Below are positions 8,371 to 22,085 of a stretch of DNA of 31,504 nucleotides, piece by piece. The DNA lies in NCBI GenBank assembly GCA_030598075.1, contig JAUVQP010000001.1, positions 1 through 31,504 on the forward strand, in the 5' to 3' direction. The notes under the pieces were generated by a model, which did no database searches, was not told the DNA's origin, and saw only the letters and a list, made by a program, of their open reading frames with translations. This stretch comes from Miltoncostaeaceae bacterium. Lineage in GTDB: Bacteria; Actinomycetota; Thermoleophilia; Miltoncostaeales; Miltoncostaeaceae. Position numbers and translations under genes: made by a program. Position 1 is the first letter of the stretch. Every line of letters starts with the position of its first letter.

Positions 8371-9323
8371 TCAGCGAGATCACGGGGTTTCGGGTCGGTC
8401 ATTGGACGGATCGCGCGGCCGGCACCGGGTGCACCGCCATCATTCCGCCGCCCGGGATCGTCGCCGCCGTCGACGTCCGGGGCGGAGGGGCCAGCACGAG
8501 GGAGACGGAGCTGCTTCGCGCGACCTCCTCGGTACGTTCGGCCACGGCCGTGATCCTGGCCGGCGGGAGCGCGTTCGGGCTCGACGCCGCGTCCGGCGCG
8601 GTGCGGTGGTGCGAGGAGCACGGGCTCGGGTACGACACCGGGGTTGTCCGCGTCCCGCTGGTTCCCGCCGCCGTCATCTTCGATCTGGGCGTGAGCGGCG
8701 GGGAGGGGCGCCCGGGCGTCGACGAAGGCTACGCGGCGTGCGTCGCCGCGGCGGAGGGAGCACACGACGTCGGGAGCGTCGGTGCCGGAACCGGCGCGAC
8801 GGTGGGCAAGCTTCGCGCCCGGGAGGGCTGGTGCAAGGGCGGGCTTGGCGCGGCGGGCACGACGACTCACGACGGGTCCCGCGTGGCCGCCCTCGCGGTG
8901 GCCAACTGCTGGGGAGACGTGCTGGACGAGGGGGGGGCGGTGCTCGCGGGCGCGTGGTCGCCGGAGCGCGGGTTCGTGGGCGCCGCCCACCAGGCCTTCT
9001 CGACCCCGCCGGAACACCCCCGGCTTCGGCCCGGCGAGAGCACCACGCTCGTGTGCGTGGCCACGGATGCCCGTCTCGCCCCGGATGAGGCCGGCCAGGT
9101 CGCCCGCATGGCCCAGGCGGGTCTCGGGCGCGCGGTGGCTCCGCTGAACACGCCGATGGACGGCGACGTCGTTTTCTGCCTCGCCTCTGGCGGCACGGAG
9201 GGGAGGCCGTTCGCGGTGGGCGCCGCCGCCGCGGAGGTCAGCGCCGCCGCCGTCAGAGACGCGGTCAGGCGGGCGACGTCCGTTCGTGGGGTACCGACCG
9301 CGGCCGAGCGGCGGGGGGACTAG
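8367..9323 (+). CDS. P1/DmpA-like (S58) peptidase
   Basis: VGHWTD, AVDVRGGG..TRETELL, LAGGSAFGL, GSVGAGTGA, STTLVCVATDA, DGDVVF; ATGA overlap with mutM stop. Confidence 0.9.
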   Translation: MISEITGFRVGHWTDRAAGTGCTAIIPPPGIVAAVDVRGGGASTRETELLRATSSVRSATAVILAGGSAFGLDAASGAVRWCEEHGLGYDTGVVRVPLVPAAVIFDLGVSGGEGRPGVDEGYAACVAAAEGAHDVGSVGAGTGATVGKLRAREGWCKGGLGAAGTTTHDGSRVAALAVANCWGDVLDEGGAVLAGAWSPERGFVGAAHQAFSTPPEHPRLRPGESTTLVCVATDARLAPDEAGQVARMAQAGLGRAVAPLNTPMDGDVVFCLASGGTEGRPFAVGAAAAEVSAAAVRDAVRRATSVRGVPTAAERRGD

Positions 9324-9574
9324 GCGAGCAGCGGGTCGAGCGCGCCAGCGTCCTCGAGAGCCTTGAGCTGGTCCCAGCCGCCGATGGCCGCGTCATCGAT
9401 GATGATCTGCGGCACCGTGTAGCGCCCCGTGAGCTCGGCGAGCCTGTGCCGGGCGTCGCCGTCGAACCGCGAGAGCCGGATCTCCTCGTACTCGGCACCC
9501 TTGCGGTCCAGGAGGCGTTTGGCCCTCGTGCAGTACGCGCACGCCCTGCTCGTGTACATGGTGATCTCGGCCAT
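9320..9574 (-). CDS. Glutaredoxin (GrxC-like, CAYC)
   Basis: CAYC active site, TVPQI, IGGWDQL; GGAG SD before ATG 9574. Confidence 0.9.
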   Translation of the reverse strand: MAEITMYTSRACAYCTRAKRLLDRKGAEYEEIRLSRFDGDARHRLAELTGRYTVPQIIIDDAAIGGWDQLKALEDAGALDPLLA

Positions 9575-9660
9575 CGTCTCCACTCGTCGTCGTCTTCAAA
9601 GCTGCGCTTGACCAGCGTGCCACACCGTGGTGCCCCGGCGCCCTGCGAGAATGCGCGGCG

Positions 9661-10413
9661 GTGGCGACATTCGAGACTGAGGCCGTCGTGCTCCGGGCGA
9701 TCCGCTACTCGGAGGCCGACAACGTGCTCACCCTGTACACGCGGGATCGCGGCCGGGCGTCGGCGATCGTCAAGGGTGCTCGCCGGCCGCGATCCCGCCT
9801 TGGTGGCCGGCTCCAGCCCGGCGTCGTCGTCCGCGTGACGATCGCGGAGGGAAGGCGCGGGCTCGGGGCGGTCAGGGACGCGAGCGTCATCGACCCGAAC
9901 GCCGGGCTTTGGGCCCACGCCACGCGCCTGCTGGCGGCCGGGAGCGTCTTGGAGGGAGCGCTTCGCACCCTTCCCGACGGCGACCCCAACGAGGCGGCGT
10001 TCCACCTGCTGCGCAACGCCGTAGCGCTCCTCGCGCGCTCCTCCGCCCATCCGGGTCCGCCGCGCCTCGACCCCCTCGTCCTCGGCGCCCACGTCAAGCT
10101 GCTGGTCGTCGCGGGGTTGCTGCCCGCGCTCGGATCGTGTGTCTCGTGCGGGTCGATCGGCACGTTTCCGGGCTTCTCCGCGTCGCGTGGGGGCGTGCTG
10201 TGCGGAGACTGCTCGGCGGGCGCCGAGCCACTGAGCAGGCGCGGCTACGAGGCTCTCGCGGGCCTGTTGGGTCGTCCTCTTTCCGAGGCGCGGGGCGCCT
10301 GCCCCCCCGAGGCGGCCGAGGACGTCGAGCGGGTCGTGGGCCTCGTGCTCCGCGAGCATCTCGGAGTCACCCTTCGATCCGCCCTCAGCCCCGAGGTCTC
10401 GTCACGCCGCTGA
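9661..10413 (+). CDS. recO: DNA repair protein RecO
   Basis: TEAVVLRAIRYSEADNVLTLYTRDRG, KGARRPRSRLGGRLQP, CVSCG...LCGDC zinc motif; upstream of glyQ. Confidence 0.93.
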   Translation: MATFETEAVVLRAIRYSEADNVLTLYTRDRGRASAIVKGARRPRSRLGGRLQPGVVVRVTIAEGRRGLGAVRDASVIDPNAGLWAHATRLLAAGSVLEGALRTLPDGDPNEAAFHLLRNAVALLARSSAHPGPPRLDPLVLGAHVKLLVVAGLLPALGSCVSCGSIGTFPGFSASRGGVLCGDCSAGAEPLSRRGYEALAGLLGRPLSEARGACPPEAAEDVERVVGLVLREHLGVTLRSALSPEVSSRR

Positions 10414-10463
10414 CGATCGGGAGCCCACCGTGTCCCACCAGACACTAGAGTCCTCGCCGAGAG

Positions 10464-11337
<874 letters not shown>

Positions 11338-11345
<8 letters not shown>

Positions 11346-13421
11346 TCTGCTCCTCGAGATCGGGTGCGAGGAGCTACCGGGAATCGCGTGCCGAGAGGCC
11401 ATCGAGCAGTGCCCGGCGCTCGTGCGCGACGCGCTCCGCGACGCCCGGTTAACATCCGGGGATGTCACGGTCTGGGTCTCTCCGCGGCGCATCGCGGTCG
11501 CCGTGGCCGACCTCTCGGACGAGCGCCCGGGGCGCACCCGGTCGAGCCGTGGGCCGTCGGAGTCGGCGGCGTACGAAGACGGCGAGCCATCGAAGGCCGC
11601 TCGGGGCTTCGCCCGGGGCCAGGGCGTTGCGGTCGAGGCTCTGGTGGTGCGTGAGCACGAGGGCCGTGCGTTCGTGTTCGCGGACGTCGAGGAGCCGGCC
11701 ACGCCAGCCGCCGAGCTCGTGCCGGGAGTCGCCGCGGCGCTGGTCGACGGCCTTCGCTTCGGAAAGACCATGCGCTGGGGATCGGGAAGGGGCCTGCGCT
11801 TCTCGCGACCCGTGCGCTGGCTGGTGGCGAAGCTCGGCGGGCGGACCGTCGAGTTCGAGCTTCACGGCCTCAGGGCGGGCGAGATCACGCAGGGGCACCG
11901 CTTCCTCGGCGAGCCGGGCGCGATCGCGGACGCCGCCGACTACCGCGAGACGCTCCGCGGGCTCGGGGTCGTGGTCGATCACGATCAGCGCCGAGACGAG
12001 ATCGTCGCGAGCCTCGACTCGGCCGCGGCCGCGGCGGGGGGGCGTTGGGAGGATCCCGGCAGCGCTCTGGACGAGGTGGTTTTCCTCGTGGAGCGCCCGA
12101 GCGTCATCGGCGGAGCGTTCGACGCGACGCATCTGCGTCTCCCGCGACGCGTTCTGGTGACCGCCATGCAGTCGCACCAGCGGTACTTCCCCCTGATCTC
12201 GGAGGACGGCGCGCTGATGCCGCGGTTCCTCGCCGTCAGCAACGGGGATCCGGCGCACGCCGAGCTCATCGCGCGCGGCAACGAGGACGTGCTGGAAGCG
12301 CGCCTTCAGGACGCGGCCTTCAGCTTCGACGTCGACCGGAAGGCAGGCCTCGCCGCGCTCGACGCGCGCCTTTCCGCGATCGTCTTCCATCAGCGCCTGG
12401 GCAGCATGGCGGACAAGCGAGATCGGCTGATCGAGGGCGTCGGTGCGCTCGCCGAGGCGGCCGGTGTTCCGGCGCTCGATCGCCACCGGGCGATCGAGGC
12501 CGCGCGGCTGGCGAAAGCGGACCAAGGTGCGGTGCTCGTGGCCGAGTTCTCGGAACTGGAGGGCTACGTCGCCGCCCAGTACGCGCTCCGCGAGGGCCAC
12601 GATGCCGAGGTGGCCGCCGCGATGGCCGACCAGTATCTGCCGGACGGCCCGGAATCGCCGCTCCCGGGCAGCGTGGCGGGGGCCCTGCTGGCGGCCGCGG
12701 ACAGGGTCGACAATCTGGTCGGCGCGTTCTTGGTCGACGAGGCCCCCACCGGGTCTCGTGATCCATATGGCCTGCGGCGTGCGGCGGCGGGGCTCGTGCG
12801 GATCCTGCTCGCGCACGGCTGGGACCTCTCGCTTTCCGCGGCACTGAGCGCCGCCGCGGCGAGACTTCGCCGCCAGGGCGCCGACCTCGTGTTCCACGAT
12901 GGCGACGCGGTCACGGCCGTCACCGCCTTCGTCACCGACCGCCTGGCTCACCAGATGGCTGCGGAGGGCGTGGGGGCGGAGGCGGTCGCGGCGGCCGATG
13001 GCGCCGCGCTGGACTCGGTGGTGGTCGTGGCGGACTGGGCGCGCGGCGTCCAGAGCGCGGGCGCCGATCCTCGGTTCGTCGCGGCTTGGACCGCGTGCAC
13101 CCGCCTGGCGAGGCTCGCGGCCCGCGCCGAGACCGATCAGGCGTTCAGCTCGGTGGGGGATCCGGGGGAGGATGCTCTTGCCGACGCCGTCGGGGCCGCC
13201 GGGCCGGCCATCGAGCGCGCGCGGGAGCGGCGCGACGTCGCGGGGGCTCTCGCCGCCGCGGGCTCCCTCGCCGAGCCGGTCGACAGGTTCTTCGAGGACG
13301 TCCTCGTCAACGCGGACGATCCGGCGGATCGGGCTCGGCGGTATGCGCTCGTGAGCCTGGCCGCGGCGACGCTGGCGCGCGCCGCGGACTTCAGCCGCCT
13401 CACCGAGGGGGGAGGGGTCCT

Positions 13422-13425
<4 letters not shown>
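11338..13425 (+). CDS. glyS: Glycine-tRNA ligase beta subunit
   Basis: [53 protein letters not shown]; overlaps glyQ stop. Confidence 0.97.
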
Positions 13426-16076
<2,651 letters not shown>

Positions 16077-16103
16077 GCCCGTCCGGACCCGTTCTGCTGA
16101 GCG

Positions 16104-16610
16104 TCAGGCCGTGCGGATGACGCAGCGCCCCGTCCCTCGGCACGACTCGCACTCGTCGGCCTCGCCGGCCGCGTGGGCCAGGCAGTGCTCCGCGCGCGAG
16201 CGCACGACGTCCGCCATCAGCGGATGCAGGCCGAGCGGAGACGACACCAGGTAGCGCACGGCCGGGTGCCGCTCCGCGGCCTCGCGCGCGAGGGCCGGGA
16301 TGTCCTGGCTCCAGTGGCGGCCGGGCAGGAGGAAGTACGGGCTGACGATGACGAGCTCGGCCCCCTGATCGACGCAGCGGTCGAAGGCGGTGCCGATGGA
16401 GGGCTCGGCCAGCTCCATGTGCGCCGGCTGGACGATGGGCCAACGGACCGACGCTCGGATCATCCTCGTCATCTCGACCAGCATCGCGTTGGACTCCTCG
16501 ACGCGCGAGCCGTGGTCGACGACGACGAGGCCGATGTGGCGCGAGTCCGGGAGCTCGTGCGGGTGTACCATCACGGGGCGCCGTGAAAGGACGTCACGAG
16601 GAGTCAGCAT
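16104..16610 (-). CDS. Sirohydrochlorin chelatase (SirB/CbiX-S type) with C-terminal Cys cluster
   Basis: VVDHGSR, AHMELAEPSI, PYFLLPGRHWSQDIP, tail HCLAH...ECESCRGTGRC; alternative start 16571. Confidence 0.88.
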   Translation of the reverse strand: MLTPRDVLSRRPVMVHPHELPDSRHIGLVVVDHGSRVEESNAMLVEMTRMIRASVRWPIVQPAHMELAEPSIGTAFDRCVDQGAELVIVSPYFLLPGRHWSQDIPALAREAAERHPAVRYLVSSPLGLHPLMADVVRSRAEHCLAHAAGEADECESCRGTGRCVIRTA

Positions 16611-16650
16611 ACCCCCCGATCAGGCGTACAGGCTGGGGAGCCTCGGTGAT

Positions 16651-17346
16651 GTGATCGAGCTGATCGTCGATGGCTGGGCCGTCGACCATCTCTCGTACGC
16701 GGACCGAAGCGGCGCCTCGGGCAGCGCGGGCCCGCCCGGTGCGCTCATCGCGTTGCGCCGGGGGCGGGAGCGCGAGTGGCTCTGCGTTCCCGATGACGCA
16801 CGCCACTACTCGCATCGGGCGCTCGTCGCGCTCTTTCGCGAGCGCCCGCAGATCTGGAAGTACCGCACGTCCGAGGGGGCGGCGGCGGCGGCGGCCGACG
16901 CGACCCCGCCGGACGATTGGGCCGATGTCTCGGAGCCCTTTCCCGAGACCGCCGGGATCTCGGCCAAGAGCCTTCGCGGGGTCGAGGCCGTCAACCTCAG
17001 CCAAGCGGTCGGCGGAACGATCATCGCGCTGACGGCCATCGAGCGCTACGACACCGCCGCGCGCCTCAGGCTCCTCCTCGAGGACGCCGAGATCGACCTG
17101 AGGCGCGACCCCCGCCTGCTCGACGTCGTCGCGGTCGACGACCGGGCGCGCCTCTATCGCGTCGCGACCGTGGAGCAGGTGCGCGGGGCGGGTCTCGCGG
17201 AGGGGGAGATCATCATCGGGCCGGCTCCGCCGCGCGAGATCGCGCTCCTGACGGTGGTCATCGGCTCGTTGGGCGACCGAGACCACGGGACCGCGCCCAT
17301 CGAGGGGCCGTGGGTGTTCCCCATCGTGTTGGGATCCCGGGGATGA
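16651..17346 (+). CDS. Hypothetical two-domain protein
   Basis: Coding-like codon usage, GGGGAG before GTG 16651, stop overlaps dgt start (ATGA). Confidence 0.65.
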   Translation: MIELIVDGWAVDHLSYADRSGASGSAGPPGALIALRRGREREWLCVPDDARHYSHRALVALFRERPQIWKYRTSEGAAAAAADATPPDDWADVSEPFPETAGISAKSLRGVEAVNLSQAVGGTIIALTAIERYDTAARLRLLLEDAEIDLRRDPRLLDVVAVDDRARLYRVATVEQVRGAGLAEGEIIIGPAPPREIALLTVVIGSLGDRDHGTAPIEGPWVFPIVLGSRG

Positions 17347-18341
17347 ACCCGGCGGCCGTCACGCGCGAGCCGGGCCTGGGGCCCAGGGCCGCGCGGGCCT
17401 CCGGCGCCGTGCGCGCCCGCCCGGAGGCCGCTCATGCCTACCGCACCGCCTTTCAGCGCGACCGCGACCGCATCATCCACTCCAAGGCGTTCCGCAGGCT
17501 AAAGCACAAGACGCAGGTCTTCGTGGCGCCCGAAGGGGACCACTACCGGACCCGGCTGACCCACACTCTCGAGGTGTCGGCGCTGGCCCGGACCGTCGCT
17601 CGGGCGCTCGCGCTCAACGAGGACCTTGCGGAGGCGATCGCCCTCGGCCACGATCTGGGCCACGCACCCTTCGGGCACGCCGGCGAGGAGGCGCTCGACG
17701 ACATCGTTCGCGGTCGAGCCGGCCGGCGCTTCGAGCACAACGTTCAGAGCGTGCGCGTGGTCGATGTGCTCGAGCGGGACGGAGCGGGTCTCAACCTGAC
17801 CGAGGACGTGCGCGACGGCATCCTTCATCACACCGGCGGCGGCTCGCCCGCGACGCTGGAGGGCCAGATCGTGCGTCTGCTCGATCGCGTCGCGTACGTC
17901 AACCACGACATCGAGGACGCGCTTCTGGCGGGAGTCATCGCCGCGGACGATCTGCCGGAGGACTGCGTCGCGGTTCTGGGCGAGACGAGCAGCGAGCGTC
18001 TCACGACCCTGGTGGGAGACGTGGTCGCGCAGAGCGCGAGCGGCGACGAGATCCGCCAGTCCCGCGAGGTCGGAATGGCCTTCGGCCGCCTGCGTGCCTT
18101 CATGTTCAGGAGCGTCTATCTGGCCCCTCCTGCGAGCGAGGAGGCCGCTCGTGCGCGGCGGGTGGTGCAGGCGCTCTTCGAGCACTATCTGGAGAGCCCG
18201 GACGACCTTCCGGCGTCGCCGGAGCACGATCCTCTGAGCCGCGTCACGGACTTTGTCTCGGGCATGACGGATCGCTATGCCCTTCGCGCCTACAGCGATC
18301 TCTTCCTTCCCCGCGAGGGCCCGGGCTCGTCATGGCGCTGA
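17343..18341 (+). CDS. dgt: Deoxyguanosinetriphosphate triphosphohydrolase-like HD protein
   Basis: RTAFQRDRDRIIHSKAFRRLKHKTQVF, RTRLTHTLEV, ALGHDLGHAPFGHAGE, DFVSGMTDRYA. Confidence 0.93.
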   Translation: MNPAAVTREPGLGPRAARASGAVRARPEAAHAYRTAFQRDRDRIIHSKAFRRLKHKTQVFVAPEGDHYRTRLTHTLEVSALARTVARALALNEDLAEAIALGHDLGHAPFGHAGEEALDDIVRGRAGRRFEHNVQSVRVVDVLERDGAGLNLTEDVRDGILHHTGGGSPATLEGQIVRLLDRVAYVNHDIEDALLAGVIAADDLPEDCVAVLGETSSERLTTLVGDVVAQSASGDEIRQSREVGMAFGRLRAFMFRSVYLAPPASEEAARARRVVQALFEHYLESPDDLPASPEHDPLSRVTDFVSGMTDRYALRAYSDLFLPREGPGSSWR

Positions 18342-20065
18342 TCGCCGAACGCAGCGTCGAGGAGGTCCGGGCGGCCGCCGACCTGGTCGAGCTGATCCGG
18401 GGGCGGGTCGACCTCGTGCGCCGAGGCGGGCGCTGGTGGGGCCGGTGTCCTTTCCACGAGGAGCGCACCCCGTCGTTCTGCCTCATTCCGCCCGAGAACA
18501 CGACGTACTACTGCCACGGCTGCGGCGCCAGCGGCGACGCCATCGCCTGGATGCAGGATCAGGAGGGCGCCGCCGGCTTCGTGGAGGCCATCGAGGGTCT
18601 CGCGGAGCGTTTCGGGGTCAACCTCAGCTATCAGGAGGAGTCCTCCGACGAGCGCGCCGAGCGGGCGGCGACCGAACGGCGCCGCGAGCTCCTCGCTCGG
18701 GCCGCAACCTTCTACGCCGAGTACCTCTGGCGCGGGGACGACGCGGCGCCAGCCCGCGAGTACCTCGCCGGGCGCGGCTTCGACGAGGCTCTCTGCCGGC
18801 GGTTCGGGGTGGGCTACGCGCCCGGGTCGGGCGATGCCCTCGCGGGCCGGGCGCTTCGCCAGGGCTTCACCCGGCAGCAGCTGTCCGACGCGGGCCTCGC
18901 CCGCCTGGGCGGTGGGCGCGCCACGGACTTCTTCGCGGCGCGCATCATGTTCCCGATCGCCGACGGCCGGGGCCGCGTGCAGGGTTTCGGCGGCCGAACC
19001 TTGGACCCCGGCGAGCGGGCGAAGTACGTCAACTCGCCCGAGGGGGAGGCGTTCCGCAAGCGCCGCCTGCTGTTCGGGCTCGCGTCCGCGCGCGAGGCCG
19101 CGGCGAGGGCCGGCGGCATCGTGGTCGCCGAGGGGTACACCGATGTCCTCGGCTTGGCGGCGGCCGGCATCGACGCCGCCGTGGCGTGCATGGGCACGAG
19201 CCTCACTTCGGACCAGCTCCGCCTGCTCGCGCGGTCGACGTCGGAGGTACGGCTCTGCTTCGATGCGGACCCCGCGGGGGAGGAGGCCGCCTGGCGGACC
19301 GTCGAGGCGGCGGCCGGCATACCCCTCCGCCTCTCCGCGGTGCAACTGCCCCACGGCCGGGACCCCGGAGACCTCGCGGCCGACGCCGACGGCCGCGTAG
19401 AGCTCGTCCGCGCGGTCGACGCGAGCGAACCTCTGCTAGCTTCCCTGATCCGCTCGCGCGCCGCGCGAGCAGGGGAATCCGCCCGAGCGCGGGATGACGC
19501 GGTTGCCGACATTGCCGGCCTGCTCGAGCGTTTTCCCGACTCTGTCGAGAAGGATGAGGGGGTTCGGTTGGCGGCAGGTTTGCTCCGACTGTCGCAGGGG
19601 ATGGAGCGGCGCCTGCTCGACGGGTTCCTCGTCGGCGCGCGCGAGACGACCCATCGGGGGAAAGCGGCGGATGGCGAGCCGCAGAGCCCACGGGCGGCGC
19701 GGGAGCAGCGCCTCCTCGCACTCGCGCTGGCCGACGAGCGCGGCGAGGCGCGGCAGATGCTCGACAGCCTTCCCGAAGGCGCGTTTGAGGAGCCCGCTCA
19801 CCGAGAGGCGTTTCGACGCCTGCGCGACGGAGTGCCGCCCGAGAGTTGGCCTGCCGAGGACGGGAAGCTCCTCATCCAGCTCCGGGTGGCTGTGGCGGAT
19901 GCGCCGCCCGGAGACGACGAGCTCTCCGAGGCCGTCTACCGCCTTCAGGAGGATCTGCTCCAGCGGCGCGTCCACGTGCTCCGCGAGCAGGGCGACGACG
20001 CAGAGCTCATGCGTGCGCTGGATCTCCTGGCACGGGTTCGCGAGCGACTGCGGAGCGTCGGATGA
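18332..20065 (+). CDS. dnaG: DNA primase
   Basis: [11 protein letters not shown]...CHGC zinc-binding domain, FGGRTL, KYVNSPE, TOPRIM EGYTDV and FDADPAG. Confidence 0.96.
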   Translation: MALIAERSVEEVRAAADLVELIRGRVDLVRRGGRWWGRCPFHEERTPSFCLIPPENTTYYCHGCGASGDAIAWMQDQEGAAGFVEAIEGLAERFGVNLSYQEESSDERAERAATERRRELLARAATFYAEYLWRGDDAAPAREYLAGRGFDEALCRRFGVGYAPGSGDALAGRALRQGFTRQQLSDAGLARLGGGRATDFFAARIMFPIADGRGRVQGFGGRTLDPGERAKYVNSPEGEAFRKRRLLFGLASAREAAARAGGIVVAEGYTDVLGLAAAGIDAAVACMGTSLTSDQLRLLARSTSEVRLCFDADPAGEEAAWRTVEAAAGIPLRLSAVQLPHGRDPGDLAADADGRVELVRAVDASEPLLASLIRSRAARAGESARARDDAVADIAGLLERFPDSVEKDEGVRLAAGLLRLSQGMERRLLDGFLVGARETTHRGKAADGEPQSPRAAREQRLLALALADERGEARQMLDSLPEGAFEEPAHREAFRRLRDGVPPESWPAEDGKLLIQLRVAVADAPPGDDELSEAVYRLQEDLLQRRVHVLREQGDDAELMRALDLLARVRERLRSVG

Positions 20066-21129
20066 GCACCGAGGTCTCGGTCGGGGGGATCGAGGCGGTC
20101 CAAGCGCTCTTGGACGAGGGGCGTCAGGCGGGTGCCGTGGCGCTCTCGCGAGTCGCCGACGTCGTCGACGCCGCCGAGCTGTCCGAGGATCAGCAGGAGC
20201 GCCTGCTGCAGTTGCTGGCCGAGATGAGCGTGGAGGTCCTCGGCGACGAGGTCGAGCCGCCCGCTCCCGAGCGGCCCCGACTCGACCTGACGGTCAAGAG
20301 CCACTCCACCGACCCCGTGCGCATGTACCTGCGCGAGATCGGGCGCGTCACGTTGCTCACCGCGGCCGAGGAAGTGTCGCTCGCCAAGCGCATCGAGCGC
20401 AATGACGTGGCGGCCAAGTCCACCCTCATCGAGGCCAACCTACGGCTCGTCGTCTCGGTCGCCAAGCGCTATGTCGGGCGGGGACTGTCCTTCCTCGACC
20501 TCATCCAGGAGGGCAACCTGGGCCTCATCCGCGCGGTCGAGAAGTTCGACTACCGCAAGGGCTACAAGTTCTCGACCTACGCCACCTGGTGGATCCGGCA
20601 GGCCATCACGCGGGCCATCGCCGACCAGGCGCGCACGATCCGCGTCCCGGTGCACATGGTCGAGACCATCAACCGACTCAGCCGCATCCAGCGGCAGCTC
20701 CTTCAGGAGTTGGGCCGAGAGCCCACCGTGGAGGAGCTGGCGGAGGAGATGGACATAGGGCCGGAGCGCGTGCGCGAGATCCAGAAGGTGGCCCGTGAGC
20801 CCATCTCGCTCGAGATACCGGTCGGCGAGGACGAGGACTCTCAGCTTGGCGACCTGGTGGAGGACGGTGCCATTCTCGGACCGGCCGAGCAAGTGGCGGG
20901 CCTGGCGCGGCGATCGGAGCTCGACGGCGTGCTGGGCTCCCTCTCGGACCGCGAGCGCAAGGTCATCGAGCTGCGCTTCGGCCTGCGCGGTGAGGAACCG
21001 CGGACGCTCGAGGAGGTCGGTCGGCGCTTCGGCGTCACACGCGAGCGCATTCGGCAGATCGAGGCCCGGTCGCTGGCCAAGCTCGAGGGCTACCGCGACT
21101 GCCAGCCGCTGCGCGAGTTTCTGGACTAG
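20062..21129 (+). CDS. rpoD: Primary sigma-70 factor
   Basis: [74 protein letters not shown]; ATGA overlap with dnaG. Confidence 0.96.
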   Translation: MSTEVSVGGIEAVQALLDEGRQAGAVALSRVADVVDAAELSEDQQERLLQLLAEMSVEVLGDEVEPPAPERPRLDLTVKSHSTDPVRMYLREIGRVTLLTAAEEVSLAKRIERNDVAAKSTLIEANLRLVVSVAKRYVGRGLSFLDLIQEGNLGLIRAVEKFDYRKGYKFSTYATWWIRQAITRAIADQARTIRVPVHMVETINRLSRIQRQLLQELGREPTVEELAEEMDIGPERVREIQKVAREPISLEIPVGEDEDSQLGDLVEDGAILGPAEQVAGLARRSELDGVLGSLSDRERKVIELRFGLRGEEPRTLEEVGRRFGVTRERIRQIEARSLAKLEGYRDCQPLREFLD

Positions 21130-21665
21130 AGGGGGCCCCCATCCGACTGGGCGCCGGGGCCCGGGTCGCTCGATGCTCGTTCGCCGATCACCGACGCGGC
21201 TTCAGCGCGCCGCTCGGCGTCTCCGAGCCGTAGCGCGCATCGCGCGCTCAACCGGTGCTGGCCCGCCCCCGGCTCCGGGCAGCGCGGGGCGGGGCCGATC
21301 CACACGAGCGTGGGCGCCGGGCCGAGCATGGCGGCGCGCTGAAGCCACACCAGCAGGCGACTGAGAGCGAGCGCACCGGCGCTGACGCCGTCGGGGGAGC
21401 CGCGGGAGCGGACGTAGGCACGGTGTGCCGCCAGGCACGCGGCGAGCGTCAGGGCGTCCGGCGCACCCTCGTGGTCGAGGTCGAGCTCGCCGAGAATGGC
21501 GGCGCCGTCGTCGACGGACTCTCCGTCCGGTGTTCGCGCGAGCGCCGGGTGGAGCTTCGTGAGCTGCCCCGCCAAGCCGAGCCCGATGGCCTCGGCCGCC
21601 GCCCGGAGCTCCGCCGAGAGCTCGTCGATGCCGCTCTGGTGCTCGTCCGTGAGCCCGAGCGGCAT
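21126..21665 (-). CDS. Hypothetical protein
   Basis: 179-aa ORF with ATG start and typical codon usage; shares a CTAG stop overlap with rpoD; no motif recognised. Confidence 0.5.
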   Translation of the reverse strand: MPLGLTDEHQSGIDELSAELRAAAEAIGLGLAGQLTKLHPALARTPDGESVDDGAAILGELDLDHEGAPDALTLAACLAAHRAYVRSRGSPDGVSAGALALSRLLVWLQRAAMLGPAPTLVWIGPAPRCPEPGAGQHRLSARCALRLGDAERRAEAASVIGERASSDPGPGAQSDGGPL

Positions 21666-21850
21666 CGCTCAAGAGCCTTCGGCGTCAGAACCCGCCTCAC
21701 GACGACGGTCCACGGGCAGCGTCGCGCTGTGAGCGGCCGCGATGCGGTGTCCTCGCTCGGGGCGACGCGCTCCGGCATCGCGCCCGCCCCGCGTCCTGAC
21801 CTCGCTCGGTGATCGAGGCCGCCGCCCGCGTCTCATTCTGAAACAGGCTC

Positions 21851-22009
21851 CTAGTCGGCCGCGGGCGCGTCGGCCGGCGCCCCCTCGGACGGATCGCTTG
21901 CGGGCGGCGCCTCCGTGAAGACGAACTCCTCGGCGTCCCCGCCGATCCGGTCCTTCAAGAGCCAGTAGGCCAGCGCGGCCAAGGCGATCAGCAGGATCAG
22001 CTTTTTCAT
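21851..22009 (-). CDS. 52-aa single-pass membrane protein (absent from ORF track)
   Basis: Hand translation MKKLILLIALAALAYWLLKDRIGGDAEEFVFTEAPPASDPSEGAPADAPAAD; GGGA upstream of ATG. Confidence 0.75.
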   Translation of the reverse strand: MKKLILLIALAALAYWLLKDRIGGDAEEFVFTEAPPASDPSEGAPADAPAAD

Positions 22010-22085
22010 GACGTCATCCCGTTCTTTGCAGCGATGAGCAACGTTGGGTGCAAACTATCGCATCGCCGTCGGAACCTCGCCCTTC

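Noticed and set aside
10414-10463. Possible T-box riboswitch upstream of glyQ
   Set aside because: Only about 50 nt are available and no T-box consensus is present
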